This document shows, in pieces, positions 10,343-19,703 of a stretch of DNA of 64,000 bases. Below the pieces are notes generated by a model. The model was not told the DNA's origin. It made no database searches and was given only the letters and a program-made list of their open reading frames with translations. This stretch comes from a bacterium (GTDB taxonomy: Bacteria > Hinthialibacterota > Hinthialibacteria > Hinthialibacterales > Hinthialibacteraceae). The stretch is from positions 1,280,001 through 1,344,000 of the forward strand of contig CAXXMV010000006.1 in NCBI GenBank assembly GCA_963662285.2, in the 5' to 3' direction. Each line of letters starts with the position of its first letter. Within the stretch, counting starts at the first letter, position 1. The translations under genes were made by a program, and so were the position numbers.

Positions 10343-13222
10343 ATGTTGATTAAGCGGACATTGGTTTATGCAATTGTATATGTATGTTTGATATGGCAGT
10401 CTGCGGTTTATGCAGATCAACGTCTCGAACTGGTTGATGCGTTGCGCGATGATAATGTCAAACTGGCCTCGGAACTGATCCAATCATCAACCGGAAACAT
10501 TTCTTCAGAACAGTTGCAGAAGATTGATGAGGTTCTGCAAGAGAAATCTTTTCAGCAGGAATGGATTCCAGTTTTTGAAGCGCTGATCGAACACTATCCC
10601 AAGCGAAGTCAGTTACGTTTATCTTTAGCTGACTCATATCTGAATGCCAAAGATATCAATACATCCATGAGCATCCTTGGTCAGGCAGTTGATGATGATC
10701 CCGGAAACCAGCATCTCCTGCAAAGCGCATCCGTCATGGCATATACCAAGCATCAATACCCTGAAGCCCGTGAATGGGTGGATAAACTGCTTAAGATCAA
10801 TCCCAGGAATGTAGAGGGACTCTTCTTAAAAGGCTGCATTCTCTCCCGCATGGGCAATAGCGATGATTCCCGTAAATTGTTTAATAGAGTAATGGAACTC
10901 GACGCCTATCATCGATTGGTGCATTATGAACTTGGATTGTTGGAAAATCGTTTGGGTAATAGTGACGCGGCTGAACTGCATCTCCGAACTGTTATCAATC
11001 AGCAGCCCTTTTTTCTTGAAGCCTACAATGCTTTATCAGTGGCGCTGGCTCGACGGAATAAGCAAGCGGAAGTCGAAAAAGTCCGCCGTATAGCAACCTA
11101 TCTCAAATCATGGGATCGCCCCAAACTACGCCGCGTCTGGCATTCATTTAATAATCCCCGCGCTATTCCACTCCAGGGCATGTATGAATTATCCCTTGAG
11201 TTTATCCAGGTCGGGCGTGATGATTTGGCTCAGCAACTCCTGTTCAGTCAATTCGAGAAAATAAAATCCAACCAGACCCTGGTTATGCTGTTGGCGCAGA
11301 TTTATCAGAACAGAAAGAAATATCAGGAATGTCTTGATATCCTGGATCAGATAGAAAACCAGGATCAGCGCGACTCTGAAATGTTCGCCGTCTTAAAAGC
11401 ATGGTCGCTCTTTCAATTAGACCGTATTGATGAATGCCGCAATTACTATGATAAAATGTCGTTGATGCATGGTGAATCAAAACATTTACAAAATCTTAAA
11501 AAAGCGCTTTATAATTACTCTGGAGCAAAGGATGCGCCGTTGGTTTCATCTGTTCCAAAGGAAGCGCAAGCCGTACAATCGCGACCGGAAGTTAAAAACA
11601 CTGAATCAGATTCACCCGCAGTTTTGCCTGATGCAACCCGTCATGCTAATGACGATGTTATATCCAGTATTTTCAAATTCGAAGATGTTACCCGAAAAGT
11701 CGGTCTGGATAGTTTCAAGCATACCCTGGGCAATGCCGACAAGCGTTGGATTTTGGACGCTATGGGGTCAGGCGTGGCAGTGGGAGATTATGATAATGAT
11801 GGAGATGACGATATATACTTCGTCAATGGACGACCTGATGCCAAGCAGGCGGATCCCCGTTATCGCAATGCGCTGTATCGAAACGATAAGGGGCGTTTCA
11901 TTGACGTAACCGATCAGGCTGGAGTTGGCGACACGGGGTATGGCATGTGCGCTATCTTCGGTGATGTGGATAATGATGGTTATGTCGATCTATTCGTGGG
12001 CAACTATGGCGCTAACACTCTATACCACAACAATGGCGATGGAACTTTTCGTGATATCACAGATCATTCAAATACTGCTGATGATGGATACGCCGCAGCC
12101 GCCGCATTCGCCGACGTAGACCGTGATGGCGACCTTGATCTGTTCGTAGGCAACTATGTTGCATTTGATCCCGATAAGCATTCAGATGTTCGAGGTTCAT
12201 ATCTTGGCATGGCGGTTTTCGCTGGACCCCTGGCTTTTCCCCCTCAACCAGACCGCTTGTATCTTAACGATGGCAATGCGGTCTTCACCGATGTCTCAGA
12301 TAATGCAGGCATGAATCCTACAGTGGGTCGAGCCATGGGCGCCGTCTTCTTTGATCTGGAAAACGACGGCGACCTTGATCTGTATATCACCAACGATTCC
12401 ACCTATAACTTCGTCTTACAGAACCGGGGCGATGGAACATTTGAAGATGTAAGTTACCTGTCAGGCGGCGCCTTCACCGAAACCGGCGTTGAAGGCGCCA
12501 GCATGGGAGTCATAGCGGGCGACTATAACAATGATAGCTTCTTTGATTTATATGTGACCTCTTATGAACGGCAGACTGATCGTCTCTTTATCAACGATGG
12601 GCAAGGGCATCTAACCGACAACACCGGACCGGTGGGGCTTTTAGGAACCAGTTACAATCTGGTAACCTGGGGCGCCTTATGGTGCGACTTTGACGCCGAT
12701 GGCTGGCTGGATATCTTCACCTCCAATGGTCATATCTATCCGCAAGTGCGCCAACTGAGCCAGGGTCAGGCGTATGAACAGGGCGTGACTTTTTATCAAA
12801 ACCAAGAAGGTAATTATAAAGATATAACCAGCGTGATGAAATTTGAGACCTACAAGCCGAAGCCGGGCAGGGGAGCGGCGCTGCTTGATTACGACCTGGA
12901 TGGCGACATGGATATCATCATAAACTGCATCGATGATTCTCCACAATTGTTAGAGAATAAAACCAAAACCGGCAATTGGTTGACCGTATCGTTGCAGGGA
13001 ACTTCAGCGGATTTATATGGGGTGCGCGTAGTCGCCCGAAAGGGAGAGCGAACCTGGAGCAGAATGATTGATGGCGGCTCCAGTTATCTCTCTAAATCAA
13101 CATCGTCAGTACATTTTGGATTCGGCGAAATTACCGAAATCGATTCATTGACAATATATTGGCATCACCGTGATCAGCAAATTATCAAATCGCCTAAACT
13201 AAATCAAATATTATCTAAATAG
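10343..13222 (+). CDS. TPR-repeat plus FG-GAP (CRTAC1/ASPIC-UnbV family) secreted protein
   Basis: Signal peptide, N-terminal TPR helices, MGSGVAVGDYDNDGDDDIYFVNG, multiple DxDxDG blades, C-terminal GGSSYLS...VHFGFG ASPIC/UnbV motif. Confidence 0.88.
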   Translation: MLIKRTLVYAIVYVCLIWQSAVYADQRLELVDALRDDNVKLASELIQSSTGNISSEQLQKIDEVLQEKSFQQEWIPVFEALIEHYPKRSQLRLSLADSYLNAKDINTSMSILGQAVDDDPGNQHLLQSASVMAYTKHQYPEAREWVDKLLKINPRNVEGLFLKGCILSRMGNSDDSRKLFNRVMELDAYHRLVHYELGLLENRLGNSDAAELHLRTVINQQPFFLEAYNALSVALARRNKQAEVEKVRRIATYLKSWDRPKLRRVWHSFNNPRAIPLQGMYELSLEFIQVGRDDLAQQLLFSQFEKIKSNQTLVMLLAQIYQNRKKYQECLDILDQIENQDQRDSEMFAVLKAWSLFQLDRIDECRNYYDKMSLMHGESKHLQNLKKALYNYSGAKDAPLVSSVPKEAQAVQSRPEVKNTESDSPAVLPDATRHANDDVISSIFKFEDVTRKVGLDSFKHTLGNADKRWILDAMGSGVAVGDYDNDGDDDIYFVNGRPDAKQADPRYRNALYRNDKGRFIDVTDQAGVGDTGYGMCAIFGDVDNDGYVDLFVGNYGANTLYHNNGDGTFRDITDHSNTADDGYAAAAAFADVDRDGDLDLFVGNYVAFDPDKHSDVRGSYLGMAVFAGPLAFPPQPDRLYLNDGNAVFTDVSDNAGMNPTVGRAMGAVFFDLENDGDLDLYITNDSTYNFVLQNRGDGTFEDVSYLSGGAFTETGVEGASMGVIAGDYNNDSFFDLYVTSYERQTDRLFINDGQGHLTDNTGPVGLLGTSYNLVTWGALWCDFDADGWLDIFTSNGHIYPQVRQLSQGQAYEQGVTFYQNQEGNYKDITSVMKFETYKPKPGRGAALLDYDLDGDMDIIINCIDDSPQLLENKTKTGNWLTVSLQGTSADLYGVRVVARKGERTWSRMIDGGSSYLSKSTSSVHFGFGEITEIDSLTIYWHHRDQQIIKSPKLNQILSK

Positions 13223-13343
13223 GATGCGCCGGGTGATGGCTTGTTAAATTGGATATGATATATATTATCAAGAATTTCTTAAATTCATTAGAAATCAGGA
13301 TATCATAAACTCAGACTGTATTAAAAAAGGGAGAGTATAATCG

Positions 13344-14493
13344 ATGAAAAAGATTGTAGTACTACCTGTGTTATTGGTTGGATTGGTGTTATCGAGTATT
13401 GTTTTTGCTGAGACGCCTTCTTCTATCACTGAACTGCTTCAGCCATATATCGAAAAACATGAACTGGCTGGCGCTGTCGCGCTCGTGGCTGACAAAGACA
13501 AAGTGTTGTCCGTGGAAACTGTTGGATTTTCCGATATCGCCGGAAAGAAGGATATGGAATCCGACGCCATATTCTGGATCGCCTCGCAATCAAAGGCCAT
13601 GACAGCTGTCGCGGTGATGATGCTGGTGGACGAGGGGAAAATCGGACTCGATGATCCCGTAGAGAAATACTTGCCGGAGTTCCGTGGGCAGATGGTCGTG
13701 GTGGAGAAAGATGCCGACCACGCTCTACTGCGCAAGCCATACCCACCCCATCACGGTCCGTGAAGTCCTCAGTCACATGAGCGGACTGCCGTTTAAATCT
13801 GCCATTGAGACGCCGACTCTTGATGGCTTGCCGCTCGCCGCCGCCGTGCGCAGTTATGCAATGACGCCGCTGCAGACAGAGCCGGGCGTAAACTATGCCT
13901 ATTCCAATGCGGGCATCAATACGGCGGCGCGCATCCTCGAAGTCGTGAGTGGAATGAAATACGAAGATTTCATGCAGCAGCGGCTGTTTACGCCGCTTGG
14001 GATGAAAGATACTACTTTTTGGCCAACCCAAGAGCAGACGCAGAGGATCGCCAAATCGTATAGTCCAGGCGCTGGAAAAAAGAATCTGGTAGAGATTCCC
14101 ATTGGCCAGCTTACCTATCCACTTACAAATAGAACCAACAGGTTCCCAATGCCTGCGGGCGGGCTATTTTCCACGGCGCAAGACACAGCGCGTTTCTGCC
14201 AGATGCTGCTCAATGGCGGCGAACTGAATGGTAAACGTTTCCTCAGTGACGCGGCATTCAAAGAACTGACCGGGCGGCAGACGCCGGAATCGGTGAAAGA
14301 AAGTTACGGCTTTGGATTGTCCGTAGGCGATGATTGGTTCGGGCACGGCGGCGCTTTTGCCACGAATATGCAAATCAGCACTGCCAAGGGTCTTGTGATG
14401 ATCTGGATGGTGCAGCATGACGGCTTCCCAGGCGAAGGCGGGAAAGCGCAAAATGTTTTCAAACAATGGGCGCTTGAACAATTTGGAAAATGA
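13344..14493 (+). pseudogene. Serine hydrolase (beta-lactamase class C-like) split by a +1 frameshift near 13740
   Basis: ORF 13344-13763 has signal peptide and SxxK (ASQSK). ORF to 14493 continues HPITVREVLSHMSGL, YAYSN, AGGLFSTAQD, FGHGGA. Removing one base at ctgcgcaagcca-t-acccac restores LRKPTHPITV. Could be a sequencing error. Confidence 0.8.
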
Positions 14494-14570
14494 GACATCT
14501 TGATCATTGAGGTGAAGTTAGTTTGGTCGGATGGGACAAAGCGAAAGCGCGTCACATCTTTTTTAAACGC

Positions 14571-14611
14571 CGGGCGCCAAGGGCAAGACCGCAATGCGGT
14601 CAGCCCTTGAT
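14571..14611. repeat. Dispersed hairpin repeat (family B), copy 2
   Basis: cgggcgccaagggcaagaccgcaatgcggtcagcccttgat; reverse complement of the copy at 6961-7000. Confidence 0.85.
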
Positions 14612-14666
14612 GAGATCACTTGCGCAAACTCAAAATTCCAAATCCTTAAAACTACCCAAGAGTATA

Positions 14667-14712
14667 AAATCCTGAATATCCTTCTATCCTGGTTATCCAG
14701 ATTCAGATAAAA
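14667..14712. repeat. ATCC-periodic repeat (family C) ending GATTCAGA
   Basis: aaatcctgaatatccttctatcctggttatccagattcagataaaa resembles 16472-16517. Confidence 0.6.
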
Positions 14713-14736
14713 ATATGATCCTCCTGATCAGGTTTC

Positions 14737-16149
14737 CTATTGAGATTTTCGAATGAGCAGCACAGCGTCTGCTTCTCCGAAAGGGGATGTCAGGGTTTGT
14801 TTGGCGCCGCCGTTGATTTCATTACCGCGTTGACGTTCGCGGTTGTTTGGGTTGAACCAGAATGAAGTGAAACTTCCGTTGGCGTTTGAGAGATCGACTT
14901 CGACTTGTTTACCTTCGGGGAGATAGATTAGATACTTTTCTCCCTGTTCGGCCAGGCAGTATTTTGTGGAAACTAAATCGCTGTGTGGGATCATAGTGGT
15001 GAAATTCATCCGCTTAGACATGCGGCGCGCGTATCCCATGCTTTTTCGGATGGGTTCCCACTTGGGATCAAATTTCTTGCCCAGTACGACGCCGTCGTAC
15101 GGATCCATGAAGATGGGATTTAATCCACGGCATACGCTTTTCCATAGCCATGCCTGATTGCCGCCGATTCCCCAGAGGTGGTCGGTGTCGGTCAGGATGA
15201 CTTTGCCGCCTTTGTTGGCGGGCGGATTGTCGCGATAGCCGCCGTCGGGGTTTGGGGAAATCCAATCGGCGGGACTGTCGTACAAGTCTTGATTGCTGCC
15301 GCCCTTGAATTGGAAGGTCATTCCAACGGGGTGCTGTTTGGGTTTTGATTTTTCGTAGTCGTGGATGAAATAGATCATGGCGTATTGAAAGGGCGTGGAT
15401 GCAGGGTGATTTTCGTTGGAAATTTCATATAAAACATTGTCGAGATCGTTGACGGTATCTATGACTTTTTTGATGTATGTTTTTTGGATGGCGAGGATAT
15501 CAGGATTTACTAATTCATGGATTTCAACGCCGAGGCCGTCGCCGTTTTTGTCGCCATTGATTCCATTGACATTGTTGTCTTTATGGAACGGGTGGCTTAT
15601 GAGGCTGTCTTTCATGCGTTGCAATCCCCAGCCTTCGAACAACATGACCGAGACGTAAATGCCCTGGTCGCGCGCTTCAATGACGCGGGAACGCAGGCGC
15701 TCGAAATAGGCGGGATTAAATTTATCGAGATTGAATTTGGGTTTTTCGTCCAGCGCATTTCCCGGTCCGGTGCGCTGCCAGGGGAAAGGCGCGACGTGGT
15801 GTAGGGTGTTTTCATTGCGATGATCGGAGCCTGAAGTGTTCCATGATACCAGTTCCCACGCCCACATGCGCATGAAATTGTGGTTGAGTCCGCTCATCCA
15901 ATCGAGATAGGCGGTGTAATCGTGTTTGGGCGGAGGATCGGTAGGCCCCATATCGACGAGGTTGTACCAATGATGGGAACCGGTTAAAAAGATCGCTTGG
16001 CCGCTGTCATCGGTGAAATAACGCGGATTCTCTTTGCAGAGCCTCAATGGTCCGGTCGCGGGTCCGTCCGTGGGTTGAGATCTACTTTCCAGGTTAAAAG
16101 CGAACGCAATGATCAAAGCGAGGAGAATTGCTGAATATCGACTGTTCAT
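14737..16149 (-). CDS. Secreted glycoside hydrolase-like TIM-barrel protein (DUF4038/GH5-like) with C-terminal putative collagen-binding-type domain
   Basis: Signal peptide; ENPRYFTD, FNPAYFERLRSRV, LYEISNE acid/base-like motif; C-terminal YLIYLPEG...WFNP...DAVLLI; GAGG RBS. Confidence 0.65.
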   Translation of the reverse strand: MNSRYSAILLALIIAFAFNLESRSQPTDGPATGPLRLCKENPRYFTDDSGQAIFLTGSHHWYNLVDMGPTDPPPKHDYTAYLDWMSGLNHNFMRMWAWELVSWNTSGSDHRNENTLHHVAPFPWQRTGPGNALDEKPKFNLDKFNPAYFERLRSRVIEARDQGIYVSVMLFEGWGLQRMKDSLISHPFHKDNNVNGINGDKNGDGLGVEIHELVNPDILAIQKTYIKKVIDTVNDLDNVLYEISNENHPASTPFQYAMIYFIHDYEKSKPKQHPVGMTFQFKGGSNQDLYDSPADWISPNPDGGYRDNPPANKGGKVILTDTDHLWGIGGNQAWLWKSVCRGLNPIFMDPYDGVVLGKKFDPKWEPIRKSMGYARRMSKRMNFTTMIPHSDLVSTKYCLAEQGEKYLIYLPEGKQVEVDLSNANGSFTSFWFNPNNRERQRGNEINGGAKQTLTSPFGEADAVLLIRKSQ

Positions 16150-16250
16150 AATAAAACCTCTTCTTCTATGATGGTTACTATTGTTAACCGGGATTACCTA
16201 ATCCAATAGGGTAGGTCGCGCTTTTTGACTCACCGAATAGACTGACTTCT

Positions 16251-16268
16251 TCTTGCCCTTGGCGCCCG
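16251..16268. repeat. Family B partial copy, a perfect 18-bp inverted repeat of 14571-14588
   Basis: tcttgcccttggcgcccg is the exact reverse complement of cgggcgccaagggcaaga. Confidence 0.85.
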
Positions 16269-16356
16269 TCATCAGTTTTTGAATGGTCTACGCATTCATC
16301 AATAATTTCATGTATTAAGGTGTACCACATTGTCAAGACGGATTTGAGAATTTTTT

Positions 16357-16517
16357 GTCTGAAACATGATGCTCAGGATGACAGGATTCTCATGATGGGC
16401 GAAGTTATATTCTTATGATATCCAAATTCAGGGAATCCAAATATCCTGAAATAGGAAGAATACCCATGATGAAAAATCCTGAGTATCATGCTAATCCGGG
16501 GTATCAGGATTCAGACA
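16357..16517. repeat. Family C element with imperfect terminal inverted repeats (MITE-like)
   Basis: Starts tgtctgaaacatgatgctcaggatgacaggat and ends atcctgagtatcatgctaatccggggtatcaggattcagaca; roughly 9-nt periodic ATCCTG/CAGGAT units. Confidence 0.6.
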
Positions 16518-16979
16518 TTTTTTAATCAGCGCCCCATTCTTATCAGAATCGCTCCATCGAATCGTAGGTGTAATTGAAAAAGCAGGCGCCATCTTAGCAA
16601 TTTTTTATACTATCTTTTTCATTTATTTATGTATGAATAAGTAGTAGTATCATGTATTCTATTTACAATTATATCAATAATTTATATCAAATATCGCATG
16701 AAATTTCCATTTCAATTCAAGAAAAGTTTGTTTTTTCTTATGTCATCAATGGTTTGGTTGAATAGACATTCATTTTAAGATGATCTAGAATCGCTTTCCA
16801 ATAGTGTTATTATCTGGATTTCGTTTATGAATTTATTTTATATTTATTTCAAAATAACGGATTATAAGGATTTTTTTTAATCGATGATTATCAGGAATCT
16901 TGATAATTTCTCTGAATGATAACCGAAAACGCATTCAAAACATTATTATCACAATAAATTTATTGAGGAGAAAAGAATA

Positions 16980-18164
16980 ATGATTAAACCCCATGGTTCG
17001 AGTACGCTTAATCCACTGTATGTGCAAGATGATGTAAAAAGAAACGCGCTTATTCAGGAAGCAGAAGGACTGCCCTCGATTTTGATTAGTTCTGCTGCTG
17101 CGGGCAATGCCGTCATGATGGGAAGCGGCTATTTTAATCCACTAACCGGATTCATGAACAAAGCGGATTCCATTAGCGTTGCGGAAAAAATGACTACTTC
17201 CAGCGGTCTGTTTTTCCCAGTGCCAATCATCAATGTAGTAGAAGATGCTTCTTCTATTAAAGGCATCAGCCGCATTGCTTTACGCGATCCCAATGTTGAT
17301 GGAAACCCGATAATTGCTATACAGGATGTGGAAGCAATTGAAGAGTTTTCTGATGATGAAATGAAAATGATGACGGATAAGATTTTCTGCACGGATGATC
17401 CTAAACATCCAGGCGTTGCAGCCTTTACTTCTGTTGGAAAAACATGCATCTCCGGTCCTATCCAAGTATTGAACTTCTCGTATTTTGATAAAGAGTTTCC
17501 AGATACATTCAGAACCGCCTATCAGATAAGAGAAGAGATGGAAAAACTGGGATGGGAAAAAGTTGTTGCGTTCCAAACCCGTAATCCCATGCATCGCGCT
17601 CATGAAGAACTATGCCGTATGGCGTATGAGGCTGTTAAGGCGGATGGCATCCTTATTCACATGTTGCTGGGTAAATTGAAACCAGGCGATATCCCTGCTG
17701 ATGTCAGAGACGCCAGCATTCGTAAAATGGTTGAATTATACTTCCCCGCGAATACAGTTTTAGTCACAGGTTACGGATTTGATATGCTTTACGCCGGCCC
17801 GAGAGAAGCTGTACTGCATGCCGTTTTCCGCCAGAACACAGGATGCACTCATTTAATCGTAGGAAGAGATCATGCTGGAGTCGGCGACTATTACGGTCCC
17901 TTTGATGCTCAGACCATATTCCACGAGCAAGTTCCTGAAGGCGCTTTGGAGATCGAAATTTTTGAAGCGGATCATACTGCCTGGTCGAAGAAATTAAACG
18001 AAGTAGTTATGATGCGTGATCATCCAGATCATACAAAAGATGATTATGTCTTCTTATCCGGCACAAAAGTGCGGGAGATGCTGTCAAAAGGCGAAGCCTT
18101 ACCAGTAGAATTTTCGCGACCGGAAGTGGCGGAAATCCTGATGAAATATTATCAGTCCTTATAA
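16980..18164 (+). CDS. sat: Sulfate adenylyltransferase (ATP sulfurylase)
   Basis: VVAFQTRNPMHRAHEEL, MLYAGPREAVLHAVFRQN, GRDHAGVGDYY, LSGTKVREML; GAGGAG RBS. Confidence 0.98.
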   Translation: MIKPHGSSTLNPLYVQDDVKRNALIQEAEGLPSILISSAAAGNAVMMGSGYFNPLTGFMNKADSISVAEKMTTSSGLFFPVPIINVVEDASSIKGISRIALRDPNVDGNPIIAIQDVEAIEEFSDDEMKMMTDKIFCTDDPKHPGVAAFTSVGKTCISGPIQVLNFSYFDKEFPDTFRTAYQIREEMEKLGWEKVVAFQTRNPMHRAHEELCRMAYEAVKADGILIHMLLGKLKPGDIPADVRDASIRKMVELYFPANTVLVTGYGFDMLYAGPREAVLHAVFRQNTGCTHLIVGRDHAGVGDYYGPFDAQTIFHEQVPEGALEIEIFEADHTAWSKKLNEVVMMRDHPDHTKDDYVFLSGTKVREMLSKGEALPVEFSRPEVAEILMKYYQSL

Positions 18165-18174
18165 TTAGGAAGAT

Positions 18175-18210
18175 CAATAAAAAGGGAGCCATTGGCTCCC
18201 TTTTTTATTG
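18175..18210 (+). terminator. Intrinsic terminator after sat
   Basis: caataaaaagggagcc-att-ggctcccttttttattg. Confidence 0.9.
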
Positions 18211-18353
18211 TTCAGACATGTTAAGTTGAAAATGTAGAGCAGAAGTTCACGATTTCATGAAAGGGATTTTTTTTATACTACTTTTGTAACAGGTCAGCCA
18301 TATGAAGTAGTGACACTATAGATATGTTTTATACAAGGCTTTTTTATTAAAAT

Positions 18354-18470
18354 TCTCCCCACAAGTTTGGGGGGAGTTAGAGGGGGTTGCGTTTCAACGA
18401 ATCAACCCCCACCTAACCTCCCCAAGGCTTGGGGTAGGGATAACGCACTTCAATTGGCTGACCAGTTACC
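18354..18470. repeat. Dispersed G/C-tract palindromic repeat (family A), copy 2, an inverted doublet
   Basis: ctccccacaagtttggggggagttagagggggttg...caacccccacctaacctccccaaggcttggggtaggga...gcacttcaattggct; homologous to 6820-6914 in the opposite orientation. Confidence 0.85.
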
Positions 18471-18723
18471 TACTTTTTAAGTGAGTTGTATATATTTATA
18501 TATATTCATAAATACTTATAAATATATACAAGTAATATAGAAATTTACGATTAACGGAAAAGTAATTAATAAATCAAAACTTATTGATATGTAAATGAAT
18601 GAAAAATATTATATAAGTAACAAAATATTTGCATGTAATAGTTTTAGTTTAGTATGCAAATAATATGTATTGTATAGCCATAAATAAAGTAAATTATTTG
18701 ATTCAAAAAAGCTCAAAGTTGTC

Positions 18724-18834
18724 TTGACTTAGAGAATTATTTATATTAGTGTAAATAATCCAAAATGTGAAATTCTATTATTCTTTAATGTTGGATTATT
18801 AAATTTGACATTATTGGGTGTTAAATTTAATAAT
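18724..18834 (+). promoter_or_regulatory. Candidate sigma70 promoters upstream of aprB
   Basis: TTGACT-N17-TAGTGT (18724-18752) and TTGACA-N18-AATAAT (18805-18834). AT-rich context lowers specificity. Confidence 0.4.
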
Positions 18835-19247
18835 TGTTTTTTCTATTATTATATTATTGTATGTATTAGAAATACAATGATTTATGTTGATTATTCCCGA
18901 ACCTCAACAGGGACATTTCATAAGTTGTTTTTCGATTTGAAGCGAAGGAATAGGAGGGGAAATGCCATCAAAAAATGGTTTTGATCCTTCACGTGATAAA
19001 ATAATATAAAAATTAATTTGCTTTCCCTACAATAATTGATTGAGGGAAGTGATAAATATTAATATAAATATTTATAGCAGCATTACATAGTAGAAATGTA
19101 ATGCGTAAATATATTTATTTATTAGTACTGGCTAATTGCGAAAGGAGGTGGGGCGTTTTTTTGTTAATCTGTTCGCAAGATGGGTGAATCCACTGCGGAT
19201 TGGAAAATATTCTAGATAATAACACAAGATTCTGAGGAGGAATTTCG

Positions 19248-19685
19248 ATGCCAAGTTATGTAATTCCTGATAAATGTGATGGATGTAAGGCATTAGATAA
19301 AACCGCATGCCAATACATCTGTCCAAACGATCTCATGGTGCTGAATAAAGACATCATGAAGGCTTATAATTGTGAGCCTGAAATGTGTTGGGAGTGTTAC
19401 AACTGCGTAAAAATATGCCCCACGCAAGCTGTGGAAGTACGAGGTTACGCAGATTTCGTTCCCTTGGGCGCAAGTGTGACGCCTTTGAGAAGCACCGATT
19501 CAATAATGTGGACGGTGAAGTTCCGAAATGGGATGTTGAAACGTTTTAAGTTCCCCATTAGGACTACTCCTGAAGGATCGGCAGTACCAGACGGCGGATG
19601 GAGCACAGGATCAGATGATCTCGCAAGCCCGTGCCTCTTTACCGAACCAGATTCCTCGGGGCTCCCTGCAGTCCCGGGACTATAG
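19248..19685 (+). CDS. aprB: Adenylylsulfate reductase beta subunit
   Basis: CDGC...CQYICPND, CWECYNCVKICP, RGYADFVP, IMWTVKFRNG..KRFKFPIRTT; GAGGAGG RBS. Confidence 0.98.
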   Translation: MPSYVIPDKCDGCKALDKTACQYICPNDLMVLNKDIMKAYNCEPEMCWECYNCVKICPTQAVEVRGYADFVPLGASVTPLRSTDSIMWTVKFRNGMLKRFKFPIRTTPEGSAVPDGGWSTGSDDLASPCLFTEPDSSGLPAVPGL

Positions 19686-19703
19686 AGTTTAGGAGGTGAT
19701 ACT

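Noticed and set aside
14494-16520. Clustered short repeats as a possible CRISPR array
   Set aside because: No regularly spaced identical direct repeats with unique spacers and no cas genes; the repeats are palindromic and dispersed.
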